Made by a program: the position numbers and the translations under genes. Positions 29,065 through 38,924 of a stretch of DNA of 50,966 bases are shown one piece after another. Where the stretch lies: the sequence record SRR2962707_2035; one strand, written 5' to 3'. A model generated the notes under the pieces. The model searched no databases. It worked only from the letters and a program-made list of their open reading frames with translations, and was not told the DNA's origin. How positions within the stretch are numbered: the stretch's first letter is position 1; every line of letters begins with the position of its first letter.

Positions 29065-30483
29065 CTAATTAACCTCAAGCGATTTCCGTGCTTGAGATTC
29101 GGCGTCTTTAGCGAGCGACAATGCGCCGAACAATGGCTCAAGTCCCACTTGCTGATCGAGATCAAGGATGGCATCGCGAAGCCGTACAGCGCCGCCACTG
29201 CCGAGCAACGGACTGGTTAAAGACAAGTACTTTTCTTCAACCTCATCATCACTAAGAGGATTGGAGGGGCTACCCTTGGGCCGGTTGTTGGTTCTGCTCA
29301 CAACTTGGCCATTGGCAAAATGAATTTCGATCTGCGATTGGTGGTAGTGGGTGAGATCTGAACTGCTCCGCACCAATATTTTAGGAATAAAGCCAGTGAT
29401 TTCGGGTCTGGCAAGGTGCTCGGAATATTGGGCACTGTGATCAGGGCGGACCACGTCCAGCCCACCAAGCGCCAGTGCAAGAATGTATTGAAGATGAAAC
29501 CGGGCTTCGTTCTCGGATGCCGGCTCGCCCTTTTTACTCACGGCGGGCACGATATAGGCTGGCAAGGTGACAACGACGCGCGCTATGTCTGCGATTTTGA
29601 AACTCTCCTGATGCCTGGCCTCCACGATCGCCTCGAAAGCGGAGTGGATATAACCGCAGCAGGCGTGCAATTTTCTGCGCGGGCGCTCAAGGGCCCATTC
29701 CGCAGATGTTATCGCGTTTCCATCCCATTGGGTTGCGGCCCCGTTGAAATAGCCAATGGGACTATCGAGAATCGCCCACGGCCCGCTCATTCCCGCCTGA
29801 GCAAGTTTTGCGCCGTTAATACCTGCGCTTGCGGGCATGGCGCCAAACATCATTGGCTTCACGCTGCCACCGCTCCCGAAAAGGACCTCTGCCGGGCACC
29901 AATTTGCCAATGCCGCCGCGATCGCCAAAGCCTCGGTGGTCTGTTTGCGCGTCAAGCCGAGCAAGCGCGCTACGGCCGCCGCGCTACCGATGGTTGAGGG
30001 CATTCCAACACTGACAATGCCGGACTCGTCTAGTGGCTTGAGATATGGGTAAAACGCGTTGTAGACTTTTGCCGTGACCTCAATGCCGGCCACGACCGCC
30101 AAGACTAGCTCTTCGGCTGTTCGACCCAGCCTTTCCGCCTCCGCCAAGGCGGCAGAAACGACGCCAATACTGGCGTGACCAGAAATCAGATCGTTGAGTT
30201 CGAAGATATCGCCCATATAGGCATTAACGCGCGCAGCCGCATCGGAAGACAGGCGGCGCGATGATCCGGCAACGGTGCTATCGCCTTTGCCGTGGGAGGC
30301 ATGCTCGACTTCGAGCAAAGCGCGCGCTTCCTTTGTCTGAGAGCCTGCAATCATGCACCCCAGGGTATCGAGAATGCAGAGCCTGGCTTGTTTAGTGACA
30401 ACGTCGGGTATGTGGGCAGGAGCCAAGTCAAAAACAAAATTTGCCAATTGCTCGATAGGCGTCGGCTGCGATGTATTTTGCAT
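29065..30483 (-). CDS. MmgE/PrpD-family protein
   Basis: CILDTLGCMIAG, AARVNA, ELND...GH, KLHACCGYIH and PKGSPSNPLS motifs. Confidence 0.9.
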   Translation of the reverse strand: MQNTSQPTPIEQLANFVFDLAPAHIPDVVTKQARLCILDTLGCMIAGSQTKEARALLEVEHASHGKGDSTVAGSSRRLSSDAAARVNAYMGDIFELNDLISGHASIGVVSAALAEAERLGRTAEELVLAVVAGIEVTAKVYNAFYPYLKPLDESGIVSVGMPSTIGSAAAVARLLGLTRKQTTEALAIAAALANWCPAEVLFGSGGSVKPMMFGAMPASAGINGAKLAQAGMSGPWAILDSPIGYFNGAATQWDGNAITSAEWALERPRRKLHACCGYIHSAFEAIVEARHQESFKIADIARVVVTLPAYIVPAVSKKGEPASENEARFHLQYILALALGGLDVVRPDHSAQYSEHLARPEITGFIPKILVRSSSDLTHYHQSQIEIHFANGQVVSRTNNRPKGSPSNPLSDDEVEEKYLSLTSPLLGSGGAVRLRDAILDLDQQVGLEPLFGALSLAKDAESQARKSLEVN

Positions 30484-30611
30484 CTAAGCTATCCCGTGGA
30501 TGGTCTGTGTCGCTTGGGAAAGAAACATCTACCCATCCAGCCTCGAGATGGGCCCGATGGGAAGATGACTTTCAGCCCTCGGCATTTTGGAACGTGTTCT
30601 AGCCCGACCAA

Positions 30612-30648
30612 AATACGGTTCTCGGCTCTAACGAGACGAAAATGCTAT
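30612..30648 (-). promoter_or_regulatory. Bipartite LysR-type site upstream of the MmgE/PrpD operon
   Basis: AATAC at 30612 and AGAC-gaaaatg-CTAT at 30634-30648. Confidence 0.68.
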
Positions 30649-30726
30649 ATCAGTCCATCCGCACCTGATGTCAGGATCGCCTTACATCTTTGAAACGGAC
30701 CGAGAGTTCTGGCGCTGGTCGCCTGA

Positions 30727-32235
30727 TCAGGGGGTAAAAACCCGCGCCCGGATGGCGGAGAACCCTTTGGTCAAAAGCGGCAATACGATGATGGCCAAGG
30801 CAATCGAAAGGAAAACCAGACTGTACGGACTTTGAACGAACGCCATTGGATCACTTCCGCTGACCAACATCACGCGGCGGAAATTTTCTTCAATCATTGG
30901 GCCTAGAATGAAGCCCAAGAGAAGAGGAACGACGGGCAGTCTTGCCAACCACATTCCATAGCCAATAAGACCGAAAATAATGACAAGAAACACATCAAAT
31001 GCACTGAGAGAGATACTGTAGACACCAACGCAGATGAAAAACAGCATTGTAGGATACAATATTCTGTAGGGTATCGAAAGCATTTTCACCCAGATACCAA
31101 TCAAAGGTATGTTGAGGACGAGCAATATTACGTTGCCAATCCAGAAGCTGGCGACCAGAGCCCAGAACATGTCTGGATTGGAAGATATGAACTGAGGGCC
31201 AGGCGTGATGCCATGCATCAGAAGAGCCCCCAAGAGAACCGCCATAACCGCATCCCCGGGAATGCCCAGGCTCAGCGTCGGTATGAAGGCTGCCTGAACG
31301 GCAGCGTTGTTGGCAGCTTCCGGTGCGGTGATGCCCTCCACAGCTCCCTGCCCGAACCGTTCTGGCGTCTTGGAAATCGATTTTTCGGTCGAATAGGCCA
31401 AAAAGGAAGCTAGGGTCGGCCCTGCTCCTGGCAGAACGCCCATCAGCGAGCCCAACGCAGAACCTCGTACGGTTGGCATTACGGTTTGGCGAAGTTCTTG
31501 CTGGCTCGGCATCATATCCTTGAGCCGGACCGAGGTGATTTTGGCGCGTGCTGTTGTAATACCATGCACGCTGATGATGATTTCTGCCACACCGAACAGG
31601 CCCATGGCGAGCGGCACAAGGCTGATGCCGTCGGCCAACTCCAAAACACCGAACGTCATGCGGTATTGGCCGGTTGTTACATCCGTCCCGACAAGCCCCA
31701 AGGCGATTCCGACTGCCACCATGAGAAGGCCTTTTAGGGGAGCCTTCCCACCCGAGAATGACACTGCCACCAGGGCCAGCAACATGACCGAGAAATAGTC
31801 GACCGACTGAAAGTCCAGGGCAAGGTCCGCCAGCACGGGAGCAAACCACATCATAGCGACGATTGCCACCGATCCGCCAAAGAACGAGGAAATTGTTGTG
31901 AGAAAAAGGGCCTGCCCGCTCCGCCCCTTTTTTGTCATGGGATACCCATCAAGGCAGGTTACAGCCGCAGTGGATGTGCCTGGAATATTTAACAGTATGG
32001 CCGCGATCGAGCTTCCATACTGCGAGCCGTAGAATATGCCGGCCAACATGATTATGGCCAAAGTCGAGTCGATATAGAAGGTTACCGGCAACAGCATAGA
32101 GATCGTCGCCAGCGCGCCGACGCCCGGGAGGGCTCCAACAAGTGTTCCCACCGCGACGCCGACGAAACAGAAAAATACGGCTTCGTAGGATAGGGCGACA
32201 GAAAATCCCTCGAGCAAATTATAGAGCGGTTCCAC
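30727..32235 (-). CDS. tctA: Tripartite tricarboxylate transporter large permease
   Basis: GALPGVG, YGSQYGSS, NIPG, CLDGYPM, APEAANNA and LGIPG motifs. Confidence 0.93.
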   Translation of the reverse strand: MEPLYNLLEGFSVALSYEAVFFCFVGVAVGTLVGALPGVGALATISMLLPVTFYIDSTLAIIMLAGIFYGSQYGSSIAAILLNIPGTSTAAVTCLDGYPMTKKGRSGQALFLTTISSFFGGSVAIVAMMWFAPVLADLALDFQSVDYFSVMLLALVAVSFSGGKAPLKGLLMVAVGIALGLVGTDVTTGQYRMTFGVLELADGISLVPLAMGLFGVAEIIISVHGITTARAKITSVRLKDMMPSQQELRQTVMPTVRGSALGSLMGVLPGAGPTLASFLAYSTEKSISKTPERFGQGAVEGITAPEAANNAAVQAAFIPTLSLGIPGDAVMAVLLGALLMHGITPGPQFISSNPDMFWALVASFWIGNVILLVLNIPLIGIWVKMLSIPYRILYPTMLFFICVGVYSISLSAFDVFLVIIFGLIGYGMWLARLPVVPLLLGFILGPMIEENFRRVMLVSGSDPMAFVQSPYSLVFLSIALAIIVLPLLTKGFSAIRARVFTP

Positions 32236-32238
32236 GGT

Positions 32239-32679
32239 TCACCAGTCGATTAGCGGGATCGAAAGCCGGAGTCCCACGACAAAAATCAGGTATCCAATAG
32301 CGGTTAGAGCGAGGCACATGATGAGGATGGCGGCCCAGCTTAATCTGTCTTTGATCATCGTGCTGATCAGGACCAAACTCAACGTTGCCGGCATGAAACC
32401 GTAGTCTTGGATCAGGAACGCCCAAGATGCCATTCCCATGATGACAACAAATACAACACGAAAGGGCACAAGCTCGAGCGGAGCATCACTACGAATGTTC
32501 TGAATGGCGACGAATGTCGCCAGAACGCAGATCACAACGCCCATTGCGGTAGGGACAGCGCCGGGACCGAGGCGCTGCAGCGAGCCCATAGGCAATCCCG
32601 CGTTCGAAACAATGATCGTCACTCCTAGAAGCCATGCCAGCAGAACGGATATTGCTTCTTGTATATTGTAACCGCGCAT
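32239..32679 (-). CDS. tctB: Tripartite tricarboxylate transporter small permease
   Basis: Four TM segments, RLGPGAVP, located between tctC and tctA. Confidence 0.8.
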   Translation of the reverse strand: MRGYNIQEAISVLLAWLLGVTIIVSNAGLPMGSLQRLGPGAVPTAMGVVICVLATFVAIQNIRSDAPLELVPFRVVFVVIMGMASWAFLIQDYGFMPATLSLVLISTMIKDRLSWAAILIMCLALTAIGYLIFVVGLRLSIPLIDW

Positions 32680-32758
32680 CGTCACCACAGAGTGAGAGTA
32701 AATGCCTGCTAAGATGCCACCTCTGCCGCGCCAACGACAGAGATGGCGGGAGTTGGAG

Positions 32759-33736
32759 TTACTGGGCGGTTGCGCCGGAAGCCTCGACGATTGGAGCCCA
32801 CCGCTCCAGTTCGCTTTCGACAAACGCCTCAAACTCTTCCGGACCATTTACTTCAGCGGGACGCATTCTGACCTGTGCCAGCCCATCGACCCACTCGTCT
32901 TTCTCCCGGAAGGCCGCGACCGCGTCGCTCAGGGTCTGGATGATTTCTTCGGGCGTACCTTCGGGCGCAAAAAGGCCGTACCAGCTATCAATGGTCAATT
33001 CCGGATATCCCAATTCAGAGACTGTTGGAACGTCCGGAAGGAAGGGCAACTGCTCGGAAGATGACACTGCCAGGGCCCGTGCTGAGCCGTCGTTAACGAA
33101 TTCAACGACATCGGTTGTCGCAAACATCATGGATGTTTCACCGCCCACAAGGCCCACAACGGCCGGCGCGTTACCGGTATAAGGCACGTGAACAAAATTG
33201 GTGCCTGCAACCTGGTTAAGCAGCACGCAAGACAGGTGCAGGGTTGTGCCGGGACCCGACGATCCGCAAGTCAAGTTGCCATTAGCGTCGCGTCCGGCCT
33301 CGACTAGACTGTCAATGGTGTCATAGGGGCTGTCGGCAGGCACGACCAGAACATTCGATCCCGATGCAAAATGGGTGATCGGAGCAAAATCGTCCACCGG
33401 ATCCCACGGCAGGTCTGAGCGCATGGCCGGCAACATCGTGGTGGTGCTGATGACACCCATCAACAGGGTATATCCGTCAGGCTCCTGTTTGCTTACATAA
33501 TCGTGGCCTATAGCGCCCCCAGCTCCTGGGCGCGTTTCCACATAGAACTCGCTGGCCAGTTCCTCGCTCAGAAGCTGCGCTAAAAGGTTGGTGACACCAT
33601 GACCTACACCTCCCGGCGCGAACGGCATCACAATCTTGACTGGCTCCTTGCTGGGATAGTCTTGGGCCAACACGCCGCTGAACGGGAGCATAGTGATGCC
33701 CGCCGCCATAGAAGCTGTCCAGAATTTTGAAACCAT
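32759..33736 (-). CDS. tctC: Tripartite tricarboxylate transporter substrate-binding protein (Bug)
   Basis: YPSKEPVKIVMPFAPGG, RPGAGG, PDGYTLL, HVPYTG, PDVPT and WYGLFAPEGTP motifs. Confidence 0.92.
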   Translation of the reverse strand: MVSKFWTASMAAGITMLPFSGVLAQDYPSKEPVKIVMPFAPGGVGHGVTNLLAQLLSEELASEFYVETRPGAGGAIGHDYVSKQEPDGYTLLMGVISTTTMLPAMRSDLPWDPVDDFAPITHFASGSNVLVVPADSPYDTIDSLVEAGRDANGNLTCGSSGPGTTLHLSCVLLNQVAGTNFVHVPYTGNAPAVVGLVGGETSMMFATTDVVEFVNDGSARALAVSSSEQLPFLPDVPTVSELGYPELTIDSWYGLFAPEGTPEEIIQTLSDAVAAFREKDEWVDGLAQVRMRPAEVNGPEEFEAFVESELERWAPIVEASGATAQ

Positions 33737-33812
33737 TTTCCCTCTCCCTTTGTCGCTAGCACTTAAGTGTGCATGTACGGCTTTCAGCCTAGAGCCCCAT
33801 CCGTTCTGAACA

Positions 33813-33849
33813 AATACTAAGAGCCTTGGTAGTGAGACGCCAAACCTAT
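33813..33849 (-). promoter_or_regulatory. Bipartite LysR-type site upstream of tctCBA
   Basis: AATAC at 33813 and AGAC-gccaaac-CTAT at 33835-33849. Confidence 0.68.
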
Positions 33850-34131
33850 CTGCGGTCCTGCTAGTAGGCCCGGCGGCTATAAGTCCGGGGTCGACACTGT
33901 CTTTCCGGCTGGAAAATTGACTTGCTATAACGGCCCGAAGATAGGGCTGGGCGTCGGAGACGACGACCTCGTCTCTCGCCATATCGGTTCCGGTCCGCGA
34001 TTAGCTGCCCCGGACAATTTCCTTCAGCGATCGGCCAGCTTATTGACCGCAATTTGCTTTGGCCCGAGCGCTCTCCCCGCAGCGCTGACTACCCCGTCAT
34101 GCTCTCTTGCACTACACATCTCGAGCAGGTC

Positions 34132-35442
34132 TCAAGACATGAGGTTGGGGAGAAACAACGTGATCTGCGGAAACGCTATGAGCAAAGCCATTACCACCAC
34201 CTCAGCGAGTAGGAACCAGGCTACGCCCTTAAAAATTTGGACCAGCGTTACCTGATCGCCCAGAACTCCTTTCATGGCAAACACATTCAGCCCGACAGGC
34301 GGGGTCAGCAAACCGATTTCGATCAACTTGATGAGGATGATGCCCATCCAGATCATGTTCATGTCGGCACTTTCGAAGACCGGCAAAAGTATCGGCAGGG
34401 TCAGCAGCAAAACACCAAGCGGATCGAGAAAGCAGCCCAGCAAAAGGTAAGCTGCAGCCACGATCAGGATGATCATTAGGGGGGATGCGCCCGCGGATGC
34501 AATCACGTCGGACAAGAAGTTAGGCATCCCTGTGAACGCCAGAAATCGGATGAAGAGCGCGGCGCCGATCGCAATCAGCATTAGGCTTGCTGTGCTTTTC
34601 GCCGCATCAACAAGACTCGCGACGAAAATCCGCCACGTCAGTTTTTTCTGAACCAGTGTGAGCACGATGGCGAGAACGACCCCAAGGGCTCCTGCTTCGG
34701 TAGCTGTCGTAACGCCGCTATAAATTCCTCCGATCACTCCTATGACCAGAACCGGTAGCGGCCAGATTGGCACAGCCAGTTTGAGCTTTTGGGCAAAGCT
34801 CATTTGCTCGACTTCTGATCGCGGTGCCAGCGTCGGGTTCACCATGCAGCGCACGATGATCAGCACGGCATATGCCAGTGCAGTCAAGAGACCCGGCACG
34901 ATACCGGCAATCAGCAACTGGCCAACCGGTTGCTCGGCGAATATTGCGTAGAGAACAATGATGATGCTGGGGGGAATAATCGCGCCTAAAGTGCCAACGG
35001 AGGTCGCGACCCCTGCAGACAGACCCGGCTGGTAGCCATGCTTGAGCATTTCAGGCACCGCGATGCGTCCCAGTGTTGCGGTGGTAGCCAGGCTGGACCC
35101 GCTGGCCGCGGCAAATCCGGCTCCGGCAAACGTCGTTGCAACGGCAAGGCCGCCCGGCAACCACCGCAGCCAGACACGCATCGCGTGAAAGAGACTCGCC
35201 GTCATACCCGAGTTTGCAATGATCGCCCCCATAAACAAAAACATTGGAATGGCTGACAACGTCCAGTGGGCCCCAAAATCGTAGGGTACTGACTTCATGG
35301 CGGCGATTGCGGCATTCTCGTTGCGGACCGTCGCAATCCCTACGACCGAAACCGCGGCAAGGGCCAACCCCACCGGCAACCGGATCGCAAGCAACACCAA
35401 AAGAACGAGAAAGCCGATGAGCCCGATGACAAGCGGGGTCAT
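34132..35442 (-). CDS. dctM: TRAP transporter large permease
   Basis: AIPMF, SGSSLAT, GTLGAIIPPS, TATEAG and LTPPVGLN motifs. Confidence 0.93.
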   Translation of the reverse strand: MTPLVIGLIGFLVLLVLLAIRLPVGLALAAVSVVGIATVRNENAAIAAMKSVPYDFGAHWTLSAIPMFLFMGAIIANSGMTASLFHAMRVWLRWLPGGLAVATTFAGAGFAAASGSSLATTATLGRIAVPEMLKHGYQPGLSAGVATSVGTLGAIIPPSIIIVLYAIFAEQPVGQLLIAGIVPGLLTALAYAVLIIVRCMVNPTLAPRSEVEQMSFAQKLKLAVPIWPLPVLVIGVIGGIYSGVTTATEAGALGVVLAIVLTLVQKKLTWRIFVASLVDAAKSTASLMLIAIGAALFIRFLAFTGMPNFLSDVIASAGASPLMIILIVAAAYLLLGCFLDPLGVLLLTLPILLPVFESADMNMIWMGIILIKLIEIGLLTPPVGLNVFAMKGVLGDQVTLVQIFKGVAWFLLAEVVVMALLIAFPQITLFLPNLMS

Positions 35443-35960
35443 GTTTCACTCCTCGTGCGATCAACTATGGGGCCTCGAATTGCGGTTCTGATCAGTTGCA
35501 TTAACAACACCAGTGAGAACAGTCCGAAGCCAAGAACCGGCATCCAGCGCGAGGGCCAGAGCGGGAGATTGAAATATTGGGTGACTGTATATTCAGCGAT
35601 GACGGATTTTTCGAGCGCAGCAATTGTAGAATAGTATGCTACCATCCCGGCGGTAATGGCACCGAGCGCGTCAGCGAGAATCTGGAACCGCCATTGCCAG
35701 CTAGCAGACATGCCCATCACGACGAAATCCACCGTGATGTGGTCGCGGTGGAGCTGTACCGCGGCGAACGGGAGAAAAGTCGCCGCGATCATGTAATAAT
35801 AGGTCCCGATTTCGAGCGTTGCGGCAAGCGGTGCGCGCAGGAGATATCGGAAAAAAACGTCTAGCGTTACGTGCGCCGCCATTGCTGCGATCAGTAAACA
35901 GGTTAATGCTAGGAAGGCGTTTGCGATGGAAGCAATTGCCTTTTCGAGAGCATGCGCCAA
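35439..35960 (-). CDS. dctQ: TRAP transporter small permease
   Basis: Four TM segments, DVFFRY and HITVD; overlaps the dctM start. Confidence 0.88.
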   Translation of the reverse strand: MAHALEKAIASIANAFLALTCLLIAAMAAHVTLDVFFRYLLRAPLAATLEIGTYYYMIAATFLPFAAVQLHRDHITVDFVVMGMSASWQWRFQILADALGAITAGMVAYYSTIAALEKSVIAEYTVTQYFNLPLWPSRWMPVLGFGLFSLVLLMQLIRTAIRGPIVDRTRSET

Positions 35961-36009
35961 GGGTTGGATCTCCTCCGGAACAGGGACGCCATTGCCAAAG
36001 CAGGCCCAA

Positions 36010-36372
36010 CTAATCCATATCGACGATGAATTCCTCGGTGATCAAGATTTTCATGGCGCTGTAGTCGATCAGCTTTGAGCTGCTGGCACGCCTTTTGTCG
36101 TTGAGCCACCCCGGCCCATGCATGTCAGCCTGGAAATCATCCATGGAATCGAAATGCAGTTCGACGATGAGGTCCGCGTCCATAACGCCGCCGCGAACTT
36201 CGATGCCCCATTTATCGGCGCGCCCATCTTCGACGACAAAGTTGCCGACATACTTTTTAAGGCGCGGCAGGGCTGCTTTGACCAAGGGCACATGGACCTC
36301 TTTCCAGTAGGTCGCGAACTCTTCCATTGTCACGCCTTCGTGCCGCTTGATGTAGCTTATATGCTTGACCAT
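36010..36372 (-). CDS. EthD-family protein (dimeric alpha-beta barrel)
   Basis: KRHEGVTMEEFATYWKEVHVPL...IVELHFDS; GAGG RBS. Confidence 0.82.
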   Translation of the reverse strand: MVKHISYIKRHEGVTMEEFATYWKEVHVPLVKAALPRLKKYVGNFVVEDGRADKWGIEVRGGVMDADLIVELHFDSMDDFQADMHGPGWLNDKRRASSSKLIDYSAMKILITEEFIVDMD

Positions 36373-36431
36373 TGACCTCACTCCTCTTCCTGCCTGCGGC
36401 ACACCCTGCAGCGGACCATCATCCAATCTCC

Positions 36432-36468
36432 AAGATTTTGAGCGAACCCTGTGAGACGGAAATAGTAT
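36432..36468 (-). promoter_or_regulatory. Bipartite LysR-type site in a divergent promoter region
   Basis: AAGAT at 36432 and AGAC-ggaaata-GTAT at 36454-36468. Confidence 0.7.
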
Positions 36469-36572
36469 GTGAGGCGCATAAAATAACGACCTAGGGTCGG
36501 GGTCAGGTACATTTCAATGCGCCTTGCATTTCACGCGACAAACGCGATGCAGGGCGAGAAAGTTCAGATGAG

Positions 36573-37997
36573 ATGAGCAGAACTGCCCAGTTGGCCGCCT
36601 TCGTTTCGAGAACCAAATTTGACGATATTCCAGAGCCTGTTAGGACGGCCAGCAAACGGATCATCCTCGATACAATCGGTTGCGCCATAGGTGCACTTGC
36701 CACCGAAGTGGGAACCGAAACCGTGGCCGCTGCCGCGGCGCAGGGCAAAGGAAATGCCACTATACTGGGCGCCAGAGACAAGGTCTCGCCGGCGGCGGCA
36801 GCATACGCCAACGGGCGTCTGGGCAATGTCTTGGATATCGATGAATGCTACATGATCCAGGGCCACCACGCGCAAGCCGCTTTGGGCGCCGCACTTGCTA
36901 TCGCCGAGGAGCGAAAGCTGAGTGGAGCCGAGCTCATTGCCGCATTTGCCGTGGGGTTCGAAGTTGGCATCCGGCTCGGATATTATTTTACGCCGCGCGT
37001 CCCCGTGAGCCCGGACGGCAAAGCTCTGGGATGGACGGGCCTCGTCGGCCCCAGTCAAGGCGTGCACGCCGCGCTGGCAAGTGTCAGCAATCTGCTGCAC
37101 ACCGCCCCAGCAAAGATTGCGCATGGCTTGGGGATGGCGCCGCAATATTCGGTACATCGGGCCTGGTCACCACAATGGGGCAAGCAGCTCGATTTGGGCA
37201 CGATCAAATATGCCGATACCGGCTGGAACGCTCAGGGAGGGCTCGTTGCAGCACTGTCGGCCGCCCACGGGGTTACCGGAATTGCCGATATCTTCGATAC
37301 CGATGCCTATCAGAACGTCTTCCCCGAAGCAGTGTTTACGCCCGCCGCGCTAACGGACGGACTTGGTCAAGTGTGGAACGTTCAGAACACATCGATCAAA
37401 TTCTGGCCGTGTTGCCGCTGGATACACTATGCGCTGACGGCGTTTGATACCGTCGTGCGCGATCAGCAACTTTCAGGTGATGATATTGAACACGTTCAGT
37501 TGCGCTCGTTCCCCCTCATTAGATACCCCCGGTTCAGCGATGGAAGCGACCCATCAAACCTAGTGGCCGCCACCTTCAGCTTTCACCACGCCGCAGCTAT
37601 GGTTGCGATGGGCGTGCCACCGGGGCCAGAATGGTTCACGCCCGAAAACATGTCAGGGAGCGCAGCACGTGCAATGCGCGCCAAAATCGAACTGGCCCAC
37701 GATCCGCTGGGAGATGATCCCGGCAATTGGGGACAAGAAAACCGAGAACTCAAGGTCCCTTCAAGCGTAGTTGTTCACGCAAAGGGACAGACATTTGAAC
37801 AGCGCTCTGATTACGCCAAGGGCGACCCCTGGTCGGGCGCGCCCGAGATCACCGAGCACGATTATATCGCCAAGTTCACCATTCTGGCTTCAGCGGCTGG
37901 CATGGCCCCGGATGCGATCGAAGCTCTTGTCGGAGCGGTTCTGAACCTTGAAACGGTTGGCGATGTCGGGGAAATGCTCGCCCTTACACGGATCTGA
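36573..37997 (+). CDS. MmgE/PrpD-family protein
   Basis: IILDTIGCAIG, AAYANG...LDIDE...GH, KFWPCCRWIH and AKGDP motifs. Confidence 0.9.
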   Translation: MSRTAQLAAFVSRTKFDDIPEPVRTASKRIILDTIGCAIGALATEVGTETVAAAAAQGKGNATILGARDKVSPAAAAYANGRLGNVLDIDECYMIQGHHAQAALGAALAIAEERKLSGAELIAAFAVGFEVGIRLGYYFTPRVPVSPDGKALGWTGLVGPSQGVHAALASVSNLLHTAPAKIAHGLGMAPQYSVHRAWSPQWGKQLDLGTIKYADTGWNAQGGLVAALSAAHGVTGIADIFDTDAYQNVFPEAVFTPAALTDGLGQVWNVQNTSIKFWPCCRWIHYALTAFDTVVRDQQLSGDDIEHVQLRSFPLIRYPRFSDGSDPSNLVAATFSFHHAAAMVAMGVPPGPEWFTPENMSGSAARAMRAKIELAHDPLGDDPGNWGQENRELKVPSSVVVHAKGQTFEQRSDYAKGDPWSGAPEITEHDYIAKFTILASAAGMAPDAIEALVGAVLNLETVGDVGEMLALTRI

Positions 37998-37998
37998 G

Positions 37999-38832
37999 AT
38001 GTCTGAACATCACTCTGGAATTCTTAGTGGTAAAATCGCCGTTGTCACCGGAGCCGCCCGCGGCATAGGACGGGCAGTGGCGCTTCGGTTGGCTTCGCTG
38101 GGCGCAGATATCGTGCTGCTCGACATCAATCTGTCTGCAGCGAAATCGATGGACGAGGTCCTATCGCACGATTCCGTAGCCGCAGAAGTCGAAGCCTTTG
38201 GGGTGTCCTGTCTGGCGCTTGAGGTTGACCTGACCGATGCACGCGCAGTTGCCCGTGCTTTCGCCACTATTGGCGAGCAATTTCCCGGTATCGATATCGT
38301 TGTCAATTGCGCCGGCGGGCTAATCACGGCAACCGATCGTGGCAGCGCAGCGGAGGTTTCCTCACAGGACATTGACACGCTGCTCTCAATTAACCTCAGG
38401 ACAACGATCAACGTCTGCCAGAACGCCATACCGCTGATGAAAGCGAGAGAATCGGCATCGATTATCAATATCTCCTCCCTGTCAGGGCAATTAAGTTATG
38501 CGAGCGGCAAGAATGCGGCGTACGGGTTTTCCAAAGCGGCGCTCGACAGTTACTCTCGCTCCCTGGCTGTTGAATTGGGACCGGACGGTATACGTGTCAA
38601 CACGGTTGCCCCCGGGCTGATCACAACGTCCAGAGTCGTCAAACAGGCCGCCTCGAGAGGGATCGGTAGCGCTGCCGAAGCAGCTCACGTTCCGCTGCGC
38701 AGGCTCGGGAGACCTGACGATATCGCCGATGCCGTCGAGTTTTTTGCCGGTCCACTTTCGAGCTTTATCACCGGAGAAACGCTGGCGGTGTGCGGAGGCT
38801 CGAAATTGTCGGTCGGCACAACGCGATCCTGA
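37999..38832 (+). CDS. SDR-family oxidoreductase
   Basis: TGAARGIG, NCAG, YGFSK and RVNTVAPG motifs. Confidence 0.9.
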   Translation: MSEHHSGILSGKIAVVTGAARGIGRAVALRLASLGADIVLLDINLSAAKSMDEVLSHDSVAAEVEAFGVSCLALEVDLTDARAVARAFATIGEQFPGIDIVVNCAGGLITATDRGSAAEVSSQDIDTLLSINLRTTINVCQNAIPLMKARESASIINISSLSGQLSYASGKNAAYGFSKAALDSYSRSLAVELGPDGIRVNTVAPGLITTSRVVKQAASRGIGSAAEAAHVPLRRLGRPDDIADAVEFFAGPLSSFITGETLAVCGGSKLSVGTTRS

Positions 38833-38924
38833 CGGCTTCCCATCCATTATCGCTCGACAGGCAAAAAGTATTGGCCGTTGCGCGTGACAACGGCAACCGT
38901 TGCACCTCTAAGAAGGAGGAGATC

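Noticed and set aside
38857-38873. LysR site before dctP (caggcaaaaagtatt)
   Set aside because: Only a GTATT half-site; no matching primary box at the expected spacing.
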